From assembly GCA_038087875.1 (NCBI GenBank), contig CM075992.1, positions 10,418,001 to 10,482,000 of the forward strand: DNA of 64,000 bases, read 5' to 3'. The DNA is from Malacoraja senta. Its lineage: Eukaryota. Of the stretch, positions 1-13,617 are shown one piece after another. Every line of letters starts with the position of its first letter. Position 1 is the first letter of the stretch. The position numbers and the translations under genes were made by a program. Below the pieces are notes generated by a model, which did no database searches, was not told the origin of the DNA, and saw only the letters and a program-made list of their open reading frames with translations.

Positions 1-2370
1 CCAGCAGAGTGCAGTCAGCAAGTTCAACCTCACAGCACTCCAAGCAGAGAGCAGGCAGCAAGTCTAACCTCACAGCACTCCAAGCAGAGTGGAGGCAGCA
101 AGTCCAACCTCACATCGCTCCAAGCATAGTGCAGGCAGCAAGTCCAAACCTACATCACCCCAAGCAGAATTCAGGCAGCACGTCCAACCTCACAGCGCTC
201 CAAGCAACTTGCAGGCGGCAAGTCCAACCTCACAGCACTTCAAGCAGAGTGCAGGCAGCAAGTCCAAACTCACAGCATTCGACGCTCAGTGCAGGCAGCA
301 AGTCCAACCTCACAGCAAGCAGATTGCAGGCAGCAAGTCCAACCTTACAGCACTCCAAGCAGAGTGGATGCAGCAAGTCGGACCTCACAGCACACCAAAT
401 AATGAGCAGGCAGCAAGTCCGAAGTCACATCAGTACAAGCAGAGTGCAGGCAGCAAGTCTTTGTGTTTTTTTTTCTTCTCTCTTTTTCTTCTCTCTCTTT
501 TCTTTCTTTACTTCATCTATCTTTTTAGTTCTATCTAGTTTAAAATAAAATAAAAAGGCAAAAGGTATTGGAGACAATGTAATAATAAATGTGATAATAT
601 TATCAATTTAAAAATGTAAGACTGTAATGGTGTTAATAGGTTATGTACTTATCTCCAATAAAAAATATTTTCAAAAAAAACAAAAAACCTCACAGCACTC
701 CAAGAAGAGTTCAGGCAGCAGGTCCAACCTCACAGCACTACAAGCAACGCGTAGGCAGCAAATTCAACCTCACAACTCTCTAAGCAGAGAGTGGGCAGCA
801 AGTCCAACCTCACAGCAATCCAAGCAGAATGCAGGCAGCAAGTCCAAACTCACAGCACACCAAGCAGAGTGCAGGCGGCAAGTCCAACCTCACAGCACTC
901 CAAGAAGAGTTCAGGCAGCAGGTCCAACCTCACAGCACTACAAGCAACGCGTAGGCAGCAAATCCAACCTCACAACTCTCCAAGCAGAGAGTGGGCAGCA
1001 AGTCCAACCTCACAGCACTCCAAGCAGAATGCAGGCAGCAAGTCCAACCTCACAGCACACCAAGCAGGCAGCAGGAAGCAAGACCGAAGTCACAGCAGTC
1101 GAAGCAGAGGGCAGGCAGCAAGTCAAACCTCACAGCACCCCAAGAAGAGGAAAGGCAGCAAGTCCAACCCCACAGCACTCCATGCAGTGTGCAGACAGCT
1201 AGTCCAACGTCACAGCACTCCAAGCAGAGCACAGGCAGTAAGTCGAACCTCACAGCACTCGAAGCAGATTGCGGGCAGCATGTCCAAACTCACATAAAAC
1301 AGAGTGCAGGGAGAATGTCCAACCTCACAGCACACCAAGCGTAACGCAGGCAGCAGGTTGAACCTCCAAGCACTCCAAGCAGAGAGCAGGCACAAGTCCA
1401 AAGTCACAGCAGTCCATGCAGAGTGCAGACAGCACGTCAAACCTCACAGCACTCCAAGGAGACTGCAGGTAGCAAGTCAAACCTCACGGCCAGGAGAGAT
1501 CAGGCAGCAGGTCCAAACTCACAGCACCAAGCAACGTGCAGGCAACAAATCCAAACTCACAGCTCTCCAATGAGAGAGTGGGCAGCAATTCGAACATCAC
1601 AGCACTCCAAACAGAGAGCAGGCAGCAGGCCCAACCTCACAGCACTACAAGCAAAGTGCATGCAGCAAATCCAACCTCACAGCACACCAAGCAGTGTGCA
1701 GGGTGCAAGTGCAACGTCACAGCCCTCCAAGCAGAGTGCAGGCAACAAGTCCAACCTTACAGCATTCCAAGCGGAGTGCAGGGAGCAGGTCCAACCTCAC
1801 AGCTCTCGAAGCTGAGTGCAGGCAGCAAGTCCAACCTCACAGCACTCCAAGCAGAGAGTAGGCAGCAAGCCCTGCCGCACAGCACTCCAAGAAGTGTGCA
1901 GGCAAATTCCTAACTCACAGCATTCCCAGCAGAGTGCAGGCAGCAAGTCGAACCTCAAAGCTCTCCAAGCAGATTGCAGGCAGCAGGTCGAACCTCACAG
2001 CACTCGAAGCAGAGTTCAGGCAGCACGTCCAACCTAACAGCACACCAAGCAGAGTGCAGGCAGCAAGTCCAACCTCACAGCACTCAAAGCAGAGTGCAGG
2101 CAGCAAGTCCAACCTCACAGCGCACCAACCAGAGTGCAGGCAATAAGTCCAACCTAACAGCAAACCAAGCAGAGTGCAGGCAGCAAGTTCAACCTCTCAA
2201 CACTCCAAGCCGAGTGCAGGTAGCAAGTCCAAACTAACAGCATTCCAAGCAGTTTGCAGGCAGCAAGTCCATCCTCACAGGAGAGTGCAGACAGCAAGTC
2301 CAACCTCACAGAACACCAAGCGGAGTGCACGCCAGCAAATCAAATTTCACAGCATCTCAAGCAGAGTGCA
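1..2370. repeat. 40-bp tandem satellite (consensus CAAGCAGAGTGCAGGCAGCAAGTCCAACCTCACAGCACTC), continues off the left edge
   Basis: The 40-nt period is directly visible (1-40, 41-80, ...) over about 50 diverged units. It is interrupted by an L1 3' fragment at 460-685. Confidence 0.97.
460..685 (+). mobile_element. Severely 5'-truncated L1 (3'UTR + poly-A) of the L1-A/B family inserted in the satellite
   Basis: Matches 18946-19190 (ctttacttcatctat...aaggcaaaaggtattggagacaatgtaata...acttatctccaataa) and ends in an A-tract. It splits a satellite unit at aagtc|aacct. Confidence 0.92.
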
Positions 2371-2852
2371 CACACACACAGTCACACACACACACACCAA
2401 CACCCACACACACAGACACTCACAGTCACGCACACACAGACACACTCAGACACACACAAACACACACATACACACACAGACACACGCACATATACATACA
2501 AACACATACAGGCACACACACTCATAAACACGTACACACTCTCACACAGACACTCATACACACAGACCGACACACTCACAAAAACACTCACTCACAGACA
2601 CAGACTCACACTTACAGACCGACACAGACAAACACACAGACAGACACACAGACAGACACAGACAGAAGCACAGACAGAAACACAGACAGAAACACACACA
2701 CACAGACAGACACACAGACACATGACACACAGACAGACACACACACAGACAGACTCACGCACAGACAGACACACGCACAGACTGACAGACACACGCACAG
2801 GCAGCCACATGCACAGGCAGTCGCACAGACAGACACACGCACAGACAGACGC

Positions 2853-2921
<69 letters not shown>

Positions 2922-2948
2922 GAGACAGACAGACAGACAGACAGGCAG

Positions 2949-2987
<39 letters not shown>

Positions 2988-3005
2988 CACACGCACACAC
3001 ACACA

Positions 3006-3051
<46 letters not shown>

Positions 3052-3120
3052 CACGCACACACACGCACACACACACATATACACTCAAGCAAATACACGC
3101 TCACACAGACACACGATACA
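2369..3120. repeat. Compound microsatellite (CA)n/(CAGA)n/(CACG)n
   Basis: Direct reading. Confidence 0.95.
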
Positions 3121-3329
3121 TATGGTAGTAAACTTTTTTTCAAACGGCTGAGCGCGGCAGCTCCACTTTGGGCCTTCCGCAGTCAGCAACACTTCCACAT
3201 TCAGCAAGAGCTATTCACTCAACGGAAATGACGCAATCAGCGTAACCAGTCCACTAAGCGGAAATCACGGAATAAGCGGGACTTTTGCAGAAAACACGGT
3301 CGGACCTAGTAAAGCGTTTATTCCTTCCA

Positions 3330-5940
3330 GGCACAGTTGCAATTGCCACACAGTTGCAATTGCCACACATTTGCAATAGCCACACAGTTGCAATAGCCAC
3401 ACATTTCAATAACCAAACATTTCAAAAGCCAAACATTTCAATAGGCACAGCTGCAAAAGGCACAGTTGGAAACAGCACAGTTGCAAAAGTCACAGTTGCA
3501 AAAGGCACAGTTGTAAAAGGCACAGTTTCAAAAAGCACAGTTGCAAAAGGCACAGTTGCAACAGGCACAGTTGCAAAAAGCACAGTTGCGAAATGCACAG
3601 TAGGAAAAGGCACAGTTGGAAATGGCATAGTTGCAAATGGCACTCATTTCAATAGCCACACGTTTCAATAGGCACACATTTCAATAGCCACACATTTCAA
3701 TAGCCACACATTACAATAGCTACACATTAAAATAGCCACACATTACAATAGTCACACATTACAATAACCACACATTACAATAGCCACGCATTACAATAGC
3801 CACACATTACAATAGCCACACAATTCATTAGCCACACAATTCAATAGCCACACAATCCAATAGCCACACGAATCCATAGTCACACGATTCTATAGCCACA
3901 CGATTCAATAGCCACACGATTCAATAGCCACACATTTCAATAACCACACATTCCAATAGTCACATATTCCAATAACCATACATTCCAATAGCCACGCATT
4001 CCAATAGTCACGCATTCCAATAGCCACGCATTCCAATAGCCACGCATTCCAATAGACACGCATTCCAATAGCCGCACATTTCAATAGGCACAGTTGCGAA
4101 ACGCACAGTTGCGAAAGGCACAGTTGCGAAAGGCACAGTTGCAAAAGGCACAGTTGCGAAAGGCACAGTTGCAAAAGGCACAGTTGCAAGTCAAGTCAAG
4201 TTTTATTCGTCACGTGCACATAAAGATTTATTTTTATTCGTGCACATAAGGTGAAGTGAAATGAATTTGCCAGCAAAGAACAATAAAAAAAAGCACACAC
4301 AATAAAAAATTAACACATACATCCACCACAGCATTCATGGTGGAAGGGACAACATTGGCCAGTCGTCCTCTATTTCCCCCCGTGGTCAGGACCATAACCC
4401 TCCGCAGTCGCCGCTGCGGGCATCCAGATGTGCTGCCAAGGTAATTCCAGGTAAGTCCTGAATCGGTGCCTTCCCACCGGAGACCGCGGCTTCACGATGG
4501 CGTAAGCAGCAGGCCGGCGGTCGAAGGTCTAAAGTCCCCGCCGCGCCGCAGCCAGAAGTACCGCAGACAGCAGAGCAGGCGGTCGGAGGTTCACTCCAGG
4601 GATCCCCGGCGAAGGATCCCGCTGCGGATGGTAAGTCCCCGCCGCGCCCGCGATTAGAAGTAGGCCGCGGGTCGGCGGTCGGAGCACTTCTCCTCCGGGG
4701 ACCCATCGAGGGATCCCAGGATCCGGATGCTATCCGCAAGCACCGCAGTCCGCGGCTTCTGGATGATGTAGGTCGCGGGCCGCGAGCTCTTCTCCTCCGT
4801 GGTTCCTACGCGGGATGCCAGGCTCCGGACGCCGCGCCAGCTGGAGCTCCACAGGCCGCGGCTTCAGTCTGCCGCGGGCCAGCGATCGGAGCGCCCCACT
4901 CCGGCGACTCCCGGCGAGGGCTCGCCCGCTCCACGCCGAAAGTGTGCTCGCTAAGCGCGCTGCTGAAGCCCCCGGCGCATCCCCGGGAAAGGCCGCACCG
5001 ATCCACTATGTTAGGCCACGAGGGAGGCGACATGGAAAAAGTAGCCTCTCCGTGGAGGAGACGACCGGAGCGGTTTCCCCCTTACCCCAATCCCCACACC
5101 ATCCCCCACAGAGGACATATAGCCACATAGCCACACATTCCCATACCCACACAATCCCACAGCCACACATTCCCATAGCCACACATTCCCATAGCCGCAC
5201 ATTCCCATAGCCACACATTCCCATAGCCACACATTCCAACAGCCACACATTCCAACAGCCACACATTCCAACAGCCACACATTCCTACAGCCACACATTC
5301 CAACAGCCCCACATTCAAACAGCCATGCATTCCAACAGCCACAGTTTCCAATAGCCACACATTTCAATTGGCATAGTTGCAAAAGGCACAGTTGCAAAAG
5401 GCACAATTTCAATAGCCACACATTTCAATAGCCACACATTTCAATAGCCACACATTTCAATAGCCACATAATTCAATAGCCACACAGTTCAATAGGCACA
5501 CAATTCAATAGCCATACAATTCAATAGCCACACAATTCAATAGCCACACAACTCAATAGCCACACAATTCAATAGCCGCACAATTCAATAGCCACACAAT
5601 TCAATAGCCACACAATTCAATAGCCACACAATTCAATAGCCACACAATCCAATAGCCACACAATTCAATAGCCACACAATTCAATAGCCACGCATTCCTA
5701 TTGCCACACATTCCAATAGCTACACATTCCAATAGCCATACATTCCAAGAGCCACACATTCCAATAGCCACACATTCCAATAGCCACAAATTGCAAAAGG
5801 CGCAGTTGCAAAAGGCACAGTTGCAAAAGGCACAGTTGCAAACGACACAGTTGCAAAAGGCACAGTTGCAAAATGCACAGTTGCAAAAGTCACATATCAA
5901 ATAGCCACACATTTCAAATTGCCGCACATTTCCAATAGCC
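3330..5940. repeat. Minisatellite array with alternating blocks of 15-bp (GCACAGTTGCAAAAG) and 16-bp (CCACACATTCCAATAG) units
   Basis: Periodicity is directly visible. Interrupted by an insertion at 4187-5115. Confidence 0.93.
4187..5115 (-). mobile_element. GC-rich non-autonomous retroelement (SINE-like), copy S1, (CTTGA)n tail
   Basis: On the minus strand it ends in gacgaataaaa(cttga)n. It shares hairpins and the GGCCTAACAT motif with S2, S4 and S5. Confidence 0.7.
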
Positions 5941-6110
5941 AAAAATGTAAGATGGCCAAAAATCACAGGAGTAAGTGGTTGCGTTTTTTTTTCTAAAATC
6001 AATATACAGCGCAAACAGGAAGTGGTCAAGTTTAAACTTTTAATTATATAGATAAAGTGTGACCCGTGGGCCCCGTTCCCCAACGCAACATTCCACCACT
6101 CACCCATCAA
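5941..6110 (-). mobile_element. Helitron-like termini: a 5' TC end at 6052 abutting a degenerate 3'-end segment
   Basis: ttatatagat at 6044-6053 resembles ttatgtatagat at 27773-27784. The segment gacccgtgggccccgttccccaacgcaacattccaccactcacc resembles 25355-25483. Confidence 0.45.
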
Positions 6111-6272
6111 CTCTCCTTTGCTTCCTCCCCACATCCCATTCCCCCGTCCTCCCTATACCCCCACCCCTCCTTCATTTCCTCGTCATAGCTATTCCAACCC
6201 CCCAACTTTCTCCATTCTCCCACACCCCCAGCACTCTCTGCACTCCTCAACATTCTCCCTCTCTCTCTCTCT

Positions 6273-6327
<55 letters not shown>

Positions 6328-6366
6328 CTCTCTCTCACTCTCTCTCTCTCGCTCTCTCTCTGTCAC

Positions 6367-7438
6367 TGTCAAGTCAAACTGTAATGAAAGGTATTACCTG
6401 CCTCCAAGATGAAGGGGGAGGAGTATTATGTATGTAATATAATTTGTGTTACCGGGCTCCAAGTTAAAGGGGGAGGAGTGTCAGGTATGGGATAATTAGG
6501 ATAAGTAATTGGTGTCTTGTGTTGTCTGGGGCAAGTACGCAGGAGCAAAAAAGACAAGGCGGCGTCCTGCAGTAAAGAAGCTTGTATGATTCCTCCCGTG
6601 TCCGAGCCTTTTATCAAGACTGTTCAAAGCATCCGAATACACAACAATTGACGACGAGGATAAAAGAACGAAGATAAGAACAAGGTCAGCAAAAGAATCG
6701 AACACAAAAGTTAAAAATACAAGTTGTATTTGGAAACAAGTGGAACAGCACCAAGCCAAATGGTATTGAATGTATCCAGGGCTGTGCAGCCAACAGCCAA
6801 GCCCAAGCAGCAGCCACAGACGTCGAGTGGGGGCCTAGTACCGTGAAGGCCACGGGCAGGTCCGGAAAAGCCACCGACAAGAGGCTGAGTCTTCAGCCCA
6901 ACTGGGAACAGTCAACCCGGTGGGGGGGAGAAGCAGAGAAAGCCCGGTCGGGAGCAGAGTCAGCCCGACCGTGAACAGAGAAGCGGATATAAGCCGAGTT
7001 CCGCCCGGGGCTTTAAAAAAGGGCACACAACACCGGAAGCGAGGAAAGGACGGACGTTGACTTGAGGCTAAAACTTGAACAGTATAATCTAAGAGACTGT
7101 CCTAAAAACTGCCGCGATCGCCAGCGAAGGCATTCAGGATTGATTATAACAGCACCCGATTGGCTGATTATCTATAGCACCCGTTTTCACCTGCTACAAG
7201 ACTAAACTGTTAAACACCTTAAGACCTACAACATCCAAATGCCTTCAAAGTAATGGCTGAAGCAATAAATCAAGTTAAACTGTCAATTGATTGCTGAATT
7301 AGTCAAAATAAAAGGAGAAAAAAAAATTAAAAAGGAGTGGTTTGGTCATTGAGTGAAATCCAGTTCATCATCTCGGGGTGGATGAATCAGATCCCTTTCA
7401 AGCGGGGAATCTGCACAAAAACATTAGAAGACTTGACA
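6367..7438 (+). repeat. 5' LTR (1072 bp)
   Basis: Direct repeat of 13663-14691 joined to 19211-19356. Confidence 0.95.
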
Positions 7439-7504
7439 GTGAAAAACTGCTGTGACCAGGAGATCTGGAAACATGGAAAAGAAACAGTTAAGTCAAGATA
7501 AATC

Positions 7505-10500
7505 ATGGCAGATGAAGTTACTCGAAAGTCAGCTGAGCAGCTGAGGTGGAGAGGACAACGGCAAAACCGGCATTCTCTCGTCTTATTAACAGCATCATTA
7601 GAAACCATAAAGAAATGTCTGAAGAGGAGCTCAGGAACAATTTCAACAAACTCATGCAAGAGGCCGAAAAAGTGATGGAAGCCAATGACGATGTGGAGGC
7701 TGGACTCATTGCCGAGCTGGAGGCGGAGCTGGACGCAGATGAGGAAGCTGTGTTAACTGAACAGCAAAAAGCCAACCTGGCAAAGACTGCAAAGGAGTGT
7801 GAGTCGAAACTAAAAGAGGTCAAAGGGCTCATCCAGGACACTCTATGGTCAAACTTTGGAAATTTTGAATTATCCATCTCACTACAGACAGCAGATGGTG
7901 CATGTGAATTTGCTGCTGCCACCGCACCATCAAATAGCAACCAAGAAGCATATGAATTCATGCTTAACCACCTGCAGAAACTGGTAGAGACTGCAAAGGA
8001 GACGTACAGTCGGTGCAAACGTTGGGTCCCACTGGATGAGCAAGACAGCTTCCAGAAACACCTAAGAACACTCGAGCTTCTCGTCCCCAAGCTGGTTTCC
8101 AGGAAGACTGACTTCATACAGGCAAGAATAAAGAAGGACGCTGAAGGATTAGCACAAGCGGCGAATGCTTTCAATTATCCTTCACCAGCCATCAGACTGA
8201 GACCCAAGGCCCTTCCTAAGTTTACTGGAAACAAGCGTGACGTTTATAGATGGAGGAAGGATTGGGAAGCACTGCAAAAGCAAGGTGAACCCACTGGATC
8301 AAATGAGGTGAAGAAGGTTCAATTGCTGGACAGTCTGGAGGACAAAATTACAAGAGACCTCCGCCTAACAAGTTATAACACTGCAGATGATATCTTTCAT
8401 GTCCTAGAGAACCGGTTTGGAAATCAAACAGCTATTGCTATTGAGATAGTGGAGGATCTTCAGAGAATTCCACCTGTCAGAGGACATCAGCCACGTAAAA
8501 TAGTGGAATTAATTCAAGCTGTGGAAAAGGCGCTTAAGGACATGATCGATCTCGGAGACACAGGCGCTATTAAAAATCCACTGATGACAAAATCAATTGA
8601 AACCAAGCCTCCAGAAACACTCAAAAAGGAATGGCTGGTTTATGTAGCTGACAAGAAGAATGCTGTGGCACCAGAGAAGCGGTTGGCCAGTCTCTTGTCA
8701 TTTCTCAAAGAGCAGGAGAGTAATACGAACAGCTCGAGCAACTGAGGGACGAGGAGCCGAGTAGAAAGGAAACTCGGACTGAACCAAGACATGCCAGAAC
8801 CAAGTCTACCAAGTCAGGAAAGGACCACACACGTTGTGTAGTCTGTGGTGACGTATAGCATAAAATAAAGCTGTACATCTGCAAGCAGTTTCGAGGGCTA
8901 AAGCTGACAGAGAAAAGAGCTGCAGTAAAGAAGTTGGGAGCATGCAAAAAGTGTCTTGAAGTTCATGATGATGGTTCATACTGCAAACCTGCATATCTGT
9001 GTAAAAATCATATCTGCAAGGATGAACAGATTCCTGAGCATCATTATTATCTGCGCCCCAATTATGAGATGAGAAAAAGCAGTGTGGATCAGAGAAGGAG
9101 TAAATTTGGTCCAGAGGAAGGTAAAGGCAAAAATAAATATACAGTGGACCAAGATTTTTTTTTTAGCAAACTTCCACCAGAGTTGGCAAAACAATACCGA
9201 GATGTGTTCTCCAACACTGCATCAAGAGCCTTCAACACTGCAAAGCAGCAGCCAAGCCTCCTAAAAGAAGGTGGACTGCAAGAGCACCCAGTGATTATGA
9301 TTATTCTGGAGGTCGTAGCAAATGCTGGACAAAAGATTGGGACATTAATTGACTTGGCTTCAGATACCATCTACATAACTCACAAGGCTGGGAGGAGACT
9401 GAACCTTAGGAGTGAAGACATCACGCTTATCTTCCATGGAGTTGTGGGGATGAAGGTCCACGTAGAGACGCGGCGCTACCTTCCAAAGATCCGAGTGAAG
9501 TCTCCCAAGGGCACACTCAAGTCGCACCAGTTAGTTTGTTATGGATTGGACAGCATTGCAGATGTTCACAAACATGTGACACCACAGCAGCTGCAAAAGT
9601 TCTTTCCAGATGTCCCACTTGATGAACTTGTGACAACAAAAGAGATACATTTGCTCATAAGCCATAGAGAAGGTCAGCTAGCGCCTCAGAGGATTAGAAC
9701 TGTTGGAGATCTAATTCTGTGGGATGGACCATTGGGAAAGACTGTTGGAGGTTGTCATCCTGAGCTGTTTGAGAAGCTTACCATGTCAGCCCACATGTCC
9801 AAAACACACTTCGCAAGATCAATGAGAGCAGCTGCTTTAAAGTATGAGGAGCTCACTGACGCAGTCCCTGAGGAACTTTCACCAAACGAACAGGTCGCCG
9901 TCAAAGTCCAGAAGTCACGTACATCAACCGCCAATCGGGACTTCTTGGATTGGTGGAAGGGGGATAGCATTGGAGCAGCATGCGAGCCAAAGTGCGGGTG
10001 TTGCCGCTGTGGAAACTGCCAACCAGGCGGAAAAGAAATGACTTGCTGAAGAGAGAGAGCTCGAAGTGGTAAAGGAAGGCCTCACCTACGTAACAGGAGA
10101 CCGTCACAGTAAAGACCCACATTGGCATGCTAGCTATCCTTGGCTGGAAGACCCAGCTTCTCTACCAAATAATAAAAGGACAGTGGAAGCCACATTTCTC
10201 AGCACGGAGAGGCAGCTATCCAGAGAACCTAAATGGAAAAGTGCCTACAGAACTCAGTTGCACGACATGGTGGACCGAAAGGCTGCAATCAAATTGTCCG
10301 AAGACATGATTGCAAACTGGGAGGGACCAGTGTGGTATGTGAGTCACCTTATTGCTCCAACCCCCCACTCTGTCACGACCCCAGTGAGACTATTGTGGAA
10401 CAGCAGCCAAAAGTGCAATGGTGTCAGCTTAAATGATTTGCTGATGAAAGGTCCAGATGTCCTCAACCAAATTCGCGCCGTCCTCCTCAGATTCAGAGGC

Positions 10501-13500
10501 GGAATCTATGCTGCTCTGGATGACATAAAGAAGCTGTATAACTCAGTCTGGTTGGAGGACCGTGAAGTACACTTACACAGATTCCTCTGGCGAGATTCCG
10601 AGGACGAGGAGCTGGGAGAGTATGCTATCACAAGAGTGAACATCGGAGACAAACCTGCGGGGTGCATTGCACAGTTGGCAATGCGTGAGACTGCTAATCT
10701 TCCTTCTTTTACCCACCTCAAGGATGAGCAGCAAGTACTCCAGAAAGACAGCTATGTTGACGACATCCTCACATCTCACAACAGCCTCGACCAGTTGAGA
10801 ATCATCGCAGCAAATGTGGAACGAATCCTGAAAGTTGGTGGGTTTGAGCTCAAGCCTTGGGTTCTGTCTGGCCAAAGTGGGAGGAAGGAGGACAGTAATA
10901 CTTTAAAGAAAAGCAAAACAAAAACCATGATCCTACCAAACCAAATGCACGATGATGATAACAAGGCACTTGGTCTGGGCTACATTGTTGAAGAGGACAT
11001 GCTCCGCGTTATGGTGGAAATCAATTTCTCCAAGAGAAAGGAAAAGATGCGGCTTGGTCAAGGCCTTCTACAAGAGCAAATCAAAACTCAGACGCCAAAT
11101 CCCCCAACAAGAAGAGACCTTCTCAGTCATGTAGCAGGGCTGTATGACCCCATCGGCACAGTGGCTCCTGTTAAGCAAAACGGAACGATTCTAGTACGCA
11201 GAGCTTTCCAAGAAGCAAAAGAGGGAAACTGTTCGGTCAGAGACACATGGGACATGGCACTCTCACATGGACTCAGCGAGGATGCAATTAAGCTCTTTGA
11301 AGAGTATGTACAACTTGGAAAAGTCAAGTTCGTCGGGGCACTGACTCCCTCTTGCTCCGCAACTGAACCCTTGGGAATCACCTTTTCTGACGGAAGTGAG
11401 CACACCTACCTGAGATGGTGATGTACCTGAGATGGGATTCAGACCATGGCCCAATTGTCAGACTTGTGGAATCCAAGGCCAAGTTAACTCCCTTGGACCA
11501 CAGAGGAGACGCTGTTAAAGCAGAGATGTGCGGAGCAGTGTTCGCCTCACGCTTGAGGAAGTATTTCGAGCTACACAGTCGATTTCAAGTGGAGAAGTGG
11601 TATCATCTTGTGGATAGCCAAACAATCCTTGGTGCAATACAGCGAGAAAGCTACGGATTCAGACATTCTCCGCCAATCGGATTGGATAGATTCCATCAAG
11701 CACCAACATTCAGGACTGGCGGTGGATTCCTGGCCCACAAAACATCGCTGATGTAATCACCAGAGGTGCCAGCCCTCAAGACCTTGATCAGTATTCGGAG
11801 TGGCAAAATGGACCGACGTTTCTGGTGTTGCCTGTGAGTGAGTGGCCAATAAAATCAGCTAAGGAACTGGCTGCCAATGCCAGAGAGGACATCGAAAAGT
11901 TACAGAAGAAAGCTTTTGTTGCAGCACCATCAAGAGCCAAAGTAGAGAAACAAGAAACGGAACCCACAAACCCAAAGAGACCACCTGCAGGGTCAGCTAT
12001 TCAGAACATTGTTGATTTCAAGCGGTTCAGCATTCTAACTAGACTGATCAAGACAGTCGCATGGGTTTGGAGAGCAGCGAAGAGGTATCTTGGCAAGGAA
12101 AAAGCCCTAAACGATCCACAGTGGGGGAGGCCATCTCTTTGACAGGAGTCAGTACAGTAAGAGAACGAGAAAATGCTCTAAAATACATTTTTGTGCTGCG
12201 CAATTGGGCACAACTTTCCAAGCACCACAACGGATCGACTGGTAGCCTATAAAGGCCAAGATTCTGGGCTGATGGTTTGTGGTGGCAGAGTGCAGAGATT
12301 TGAAGAGGATAACGTTGCTGTTCCCATCCTGCCCGTCGATGCCTGGGTGTCCATGCTGCTAGCCCGGGAGGCTCATAGGGAGAGTCATGACGGAGTGGCT
12401 GGGACCTTGCTTAAAATGAGAAGAAAGGCTTGGGTCATAAAAGGAAGGAGAATTGCTCAAAAAGTCGTTGATCACTGCATAATCTGCAAGAAAGCAAAGG
12501 CAAAGAAATGTCAACAAGTAATGAGTGATCTGCCGCCTGAAAGAATTGAACCTGCTGATCCTTTTGAGTTTACGACAGTAGACCTCTTTGGACCATACCA
12601 CGTACACGATAACGTGAAGAAGAGGGTAAAACTCAAAGTCTGGGGAGTTGTCTTCAGCTGTATGGCCAGCAGAGCCATCCACACAGAGTTAGTCAACACA
12701 TTATCAAGTGAAGGGTTTCTGATGGCTTATCAAAGATTCACAGCAATCCGTGGTCACCCCAAGAAGATCTGGTCAGATCCAGGCACCAATTTTATTGGCG
12801 CAAAACCAGTCTTAGAGGAGGAACTATATAGATTTTTGGACAACCTGGACAGAGCAGCTTTGGAGGAGAACGCAGCTAAAATTGGAACAGAGTGGATGTG
12901 GAAAATCCATCCTGCTGATTCTCCACACAGAAATGGCGCTGGGGAAGCCGCTGTGCGTGTTGTGAAGAGAGCGCTCCAAAGTTTTGGTAAATAATCGTCA
13001 CTCAGTTATAGTGAGTTTCAGACAGCTCTTTACATGGCAGCCAACCTGTCAAACGAACGTCCGATCGACGCCAGCATACAAAGCCGGGAAGACTGCGTTC
13101 AGTACATCACACCAAATACTCTTCTGCTTGGCCGAGCATCTCAGTGCGGAGACATCAAGACTTTTGACATTTCCAGCTACCCCTACAAAAGACTTAGAAC
13201 AATGCAGTATGAGGTGAACACGTTTTGGAAGAGATGGAGCCAACTCGCCTTCCTAACTTGTTTATAAGGAGCAAGTGGCACACCACTCAGAGAAATGTCA
13301 CCACCGGAGACATTGTCTGGTTAGGTGACCAAAATGCACTGAGGGGGCAATTCAAGCTGGGCAGAGTCGTCAGCTCCAATCCAGACCGCAAAGGCATCGT
13401 GAGAGACGTTAATGTACGGATCTTTCCAAGTTACTCCATTCCTCTGACAAGGGGTTTGAAAGGAAGGGCAAGGCATTCCACTCAGGGGAAGGAGAGGATC

Positions 13501-13617
13501 CAAGCCACGATTGCTCACAGGGATGTTAGGCTGCTGGTTGTCTTGATTCCAGTAGAAGAACAAGACAGCAAATGCATCAGACCAAGTTCAAACCTAGACT
13601 TCAAAGTTTGTCTTTAA
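7505..13617 (+). pseudogene. BEL/Pao gag-pol polyprotein, broken by stops and frameshifts
   Basis: Gag LPKFTG..Y.W motif, Cys/His knuckles (CKKCLEVHDDGSYC), protease LIDLASD, RT YVDD, Pao RNase H (YDPIG, FSDGS, DSQ), and integrase HHCC, DLFGP, SDPGTNF. Confidence 0.95.

Noticed and set aside
9..2527. Many Q/S/A-rich ORFs
   Set aside because: They are artefacts of a stop-poor 40-bp satellite read in all three frames.
2254..3231. 325-aa H/T-rich ORF and its antisense C/V-rich ORFs
   Set aside because: Translations of microsatellite.
3285..3671. Pentapeptide-repeat ORF (TVAKG)n
   Set aside because: It is a 15-bp minisatellite block that grades into 16-bp units, so the frame is not maintained.
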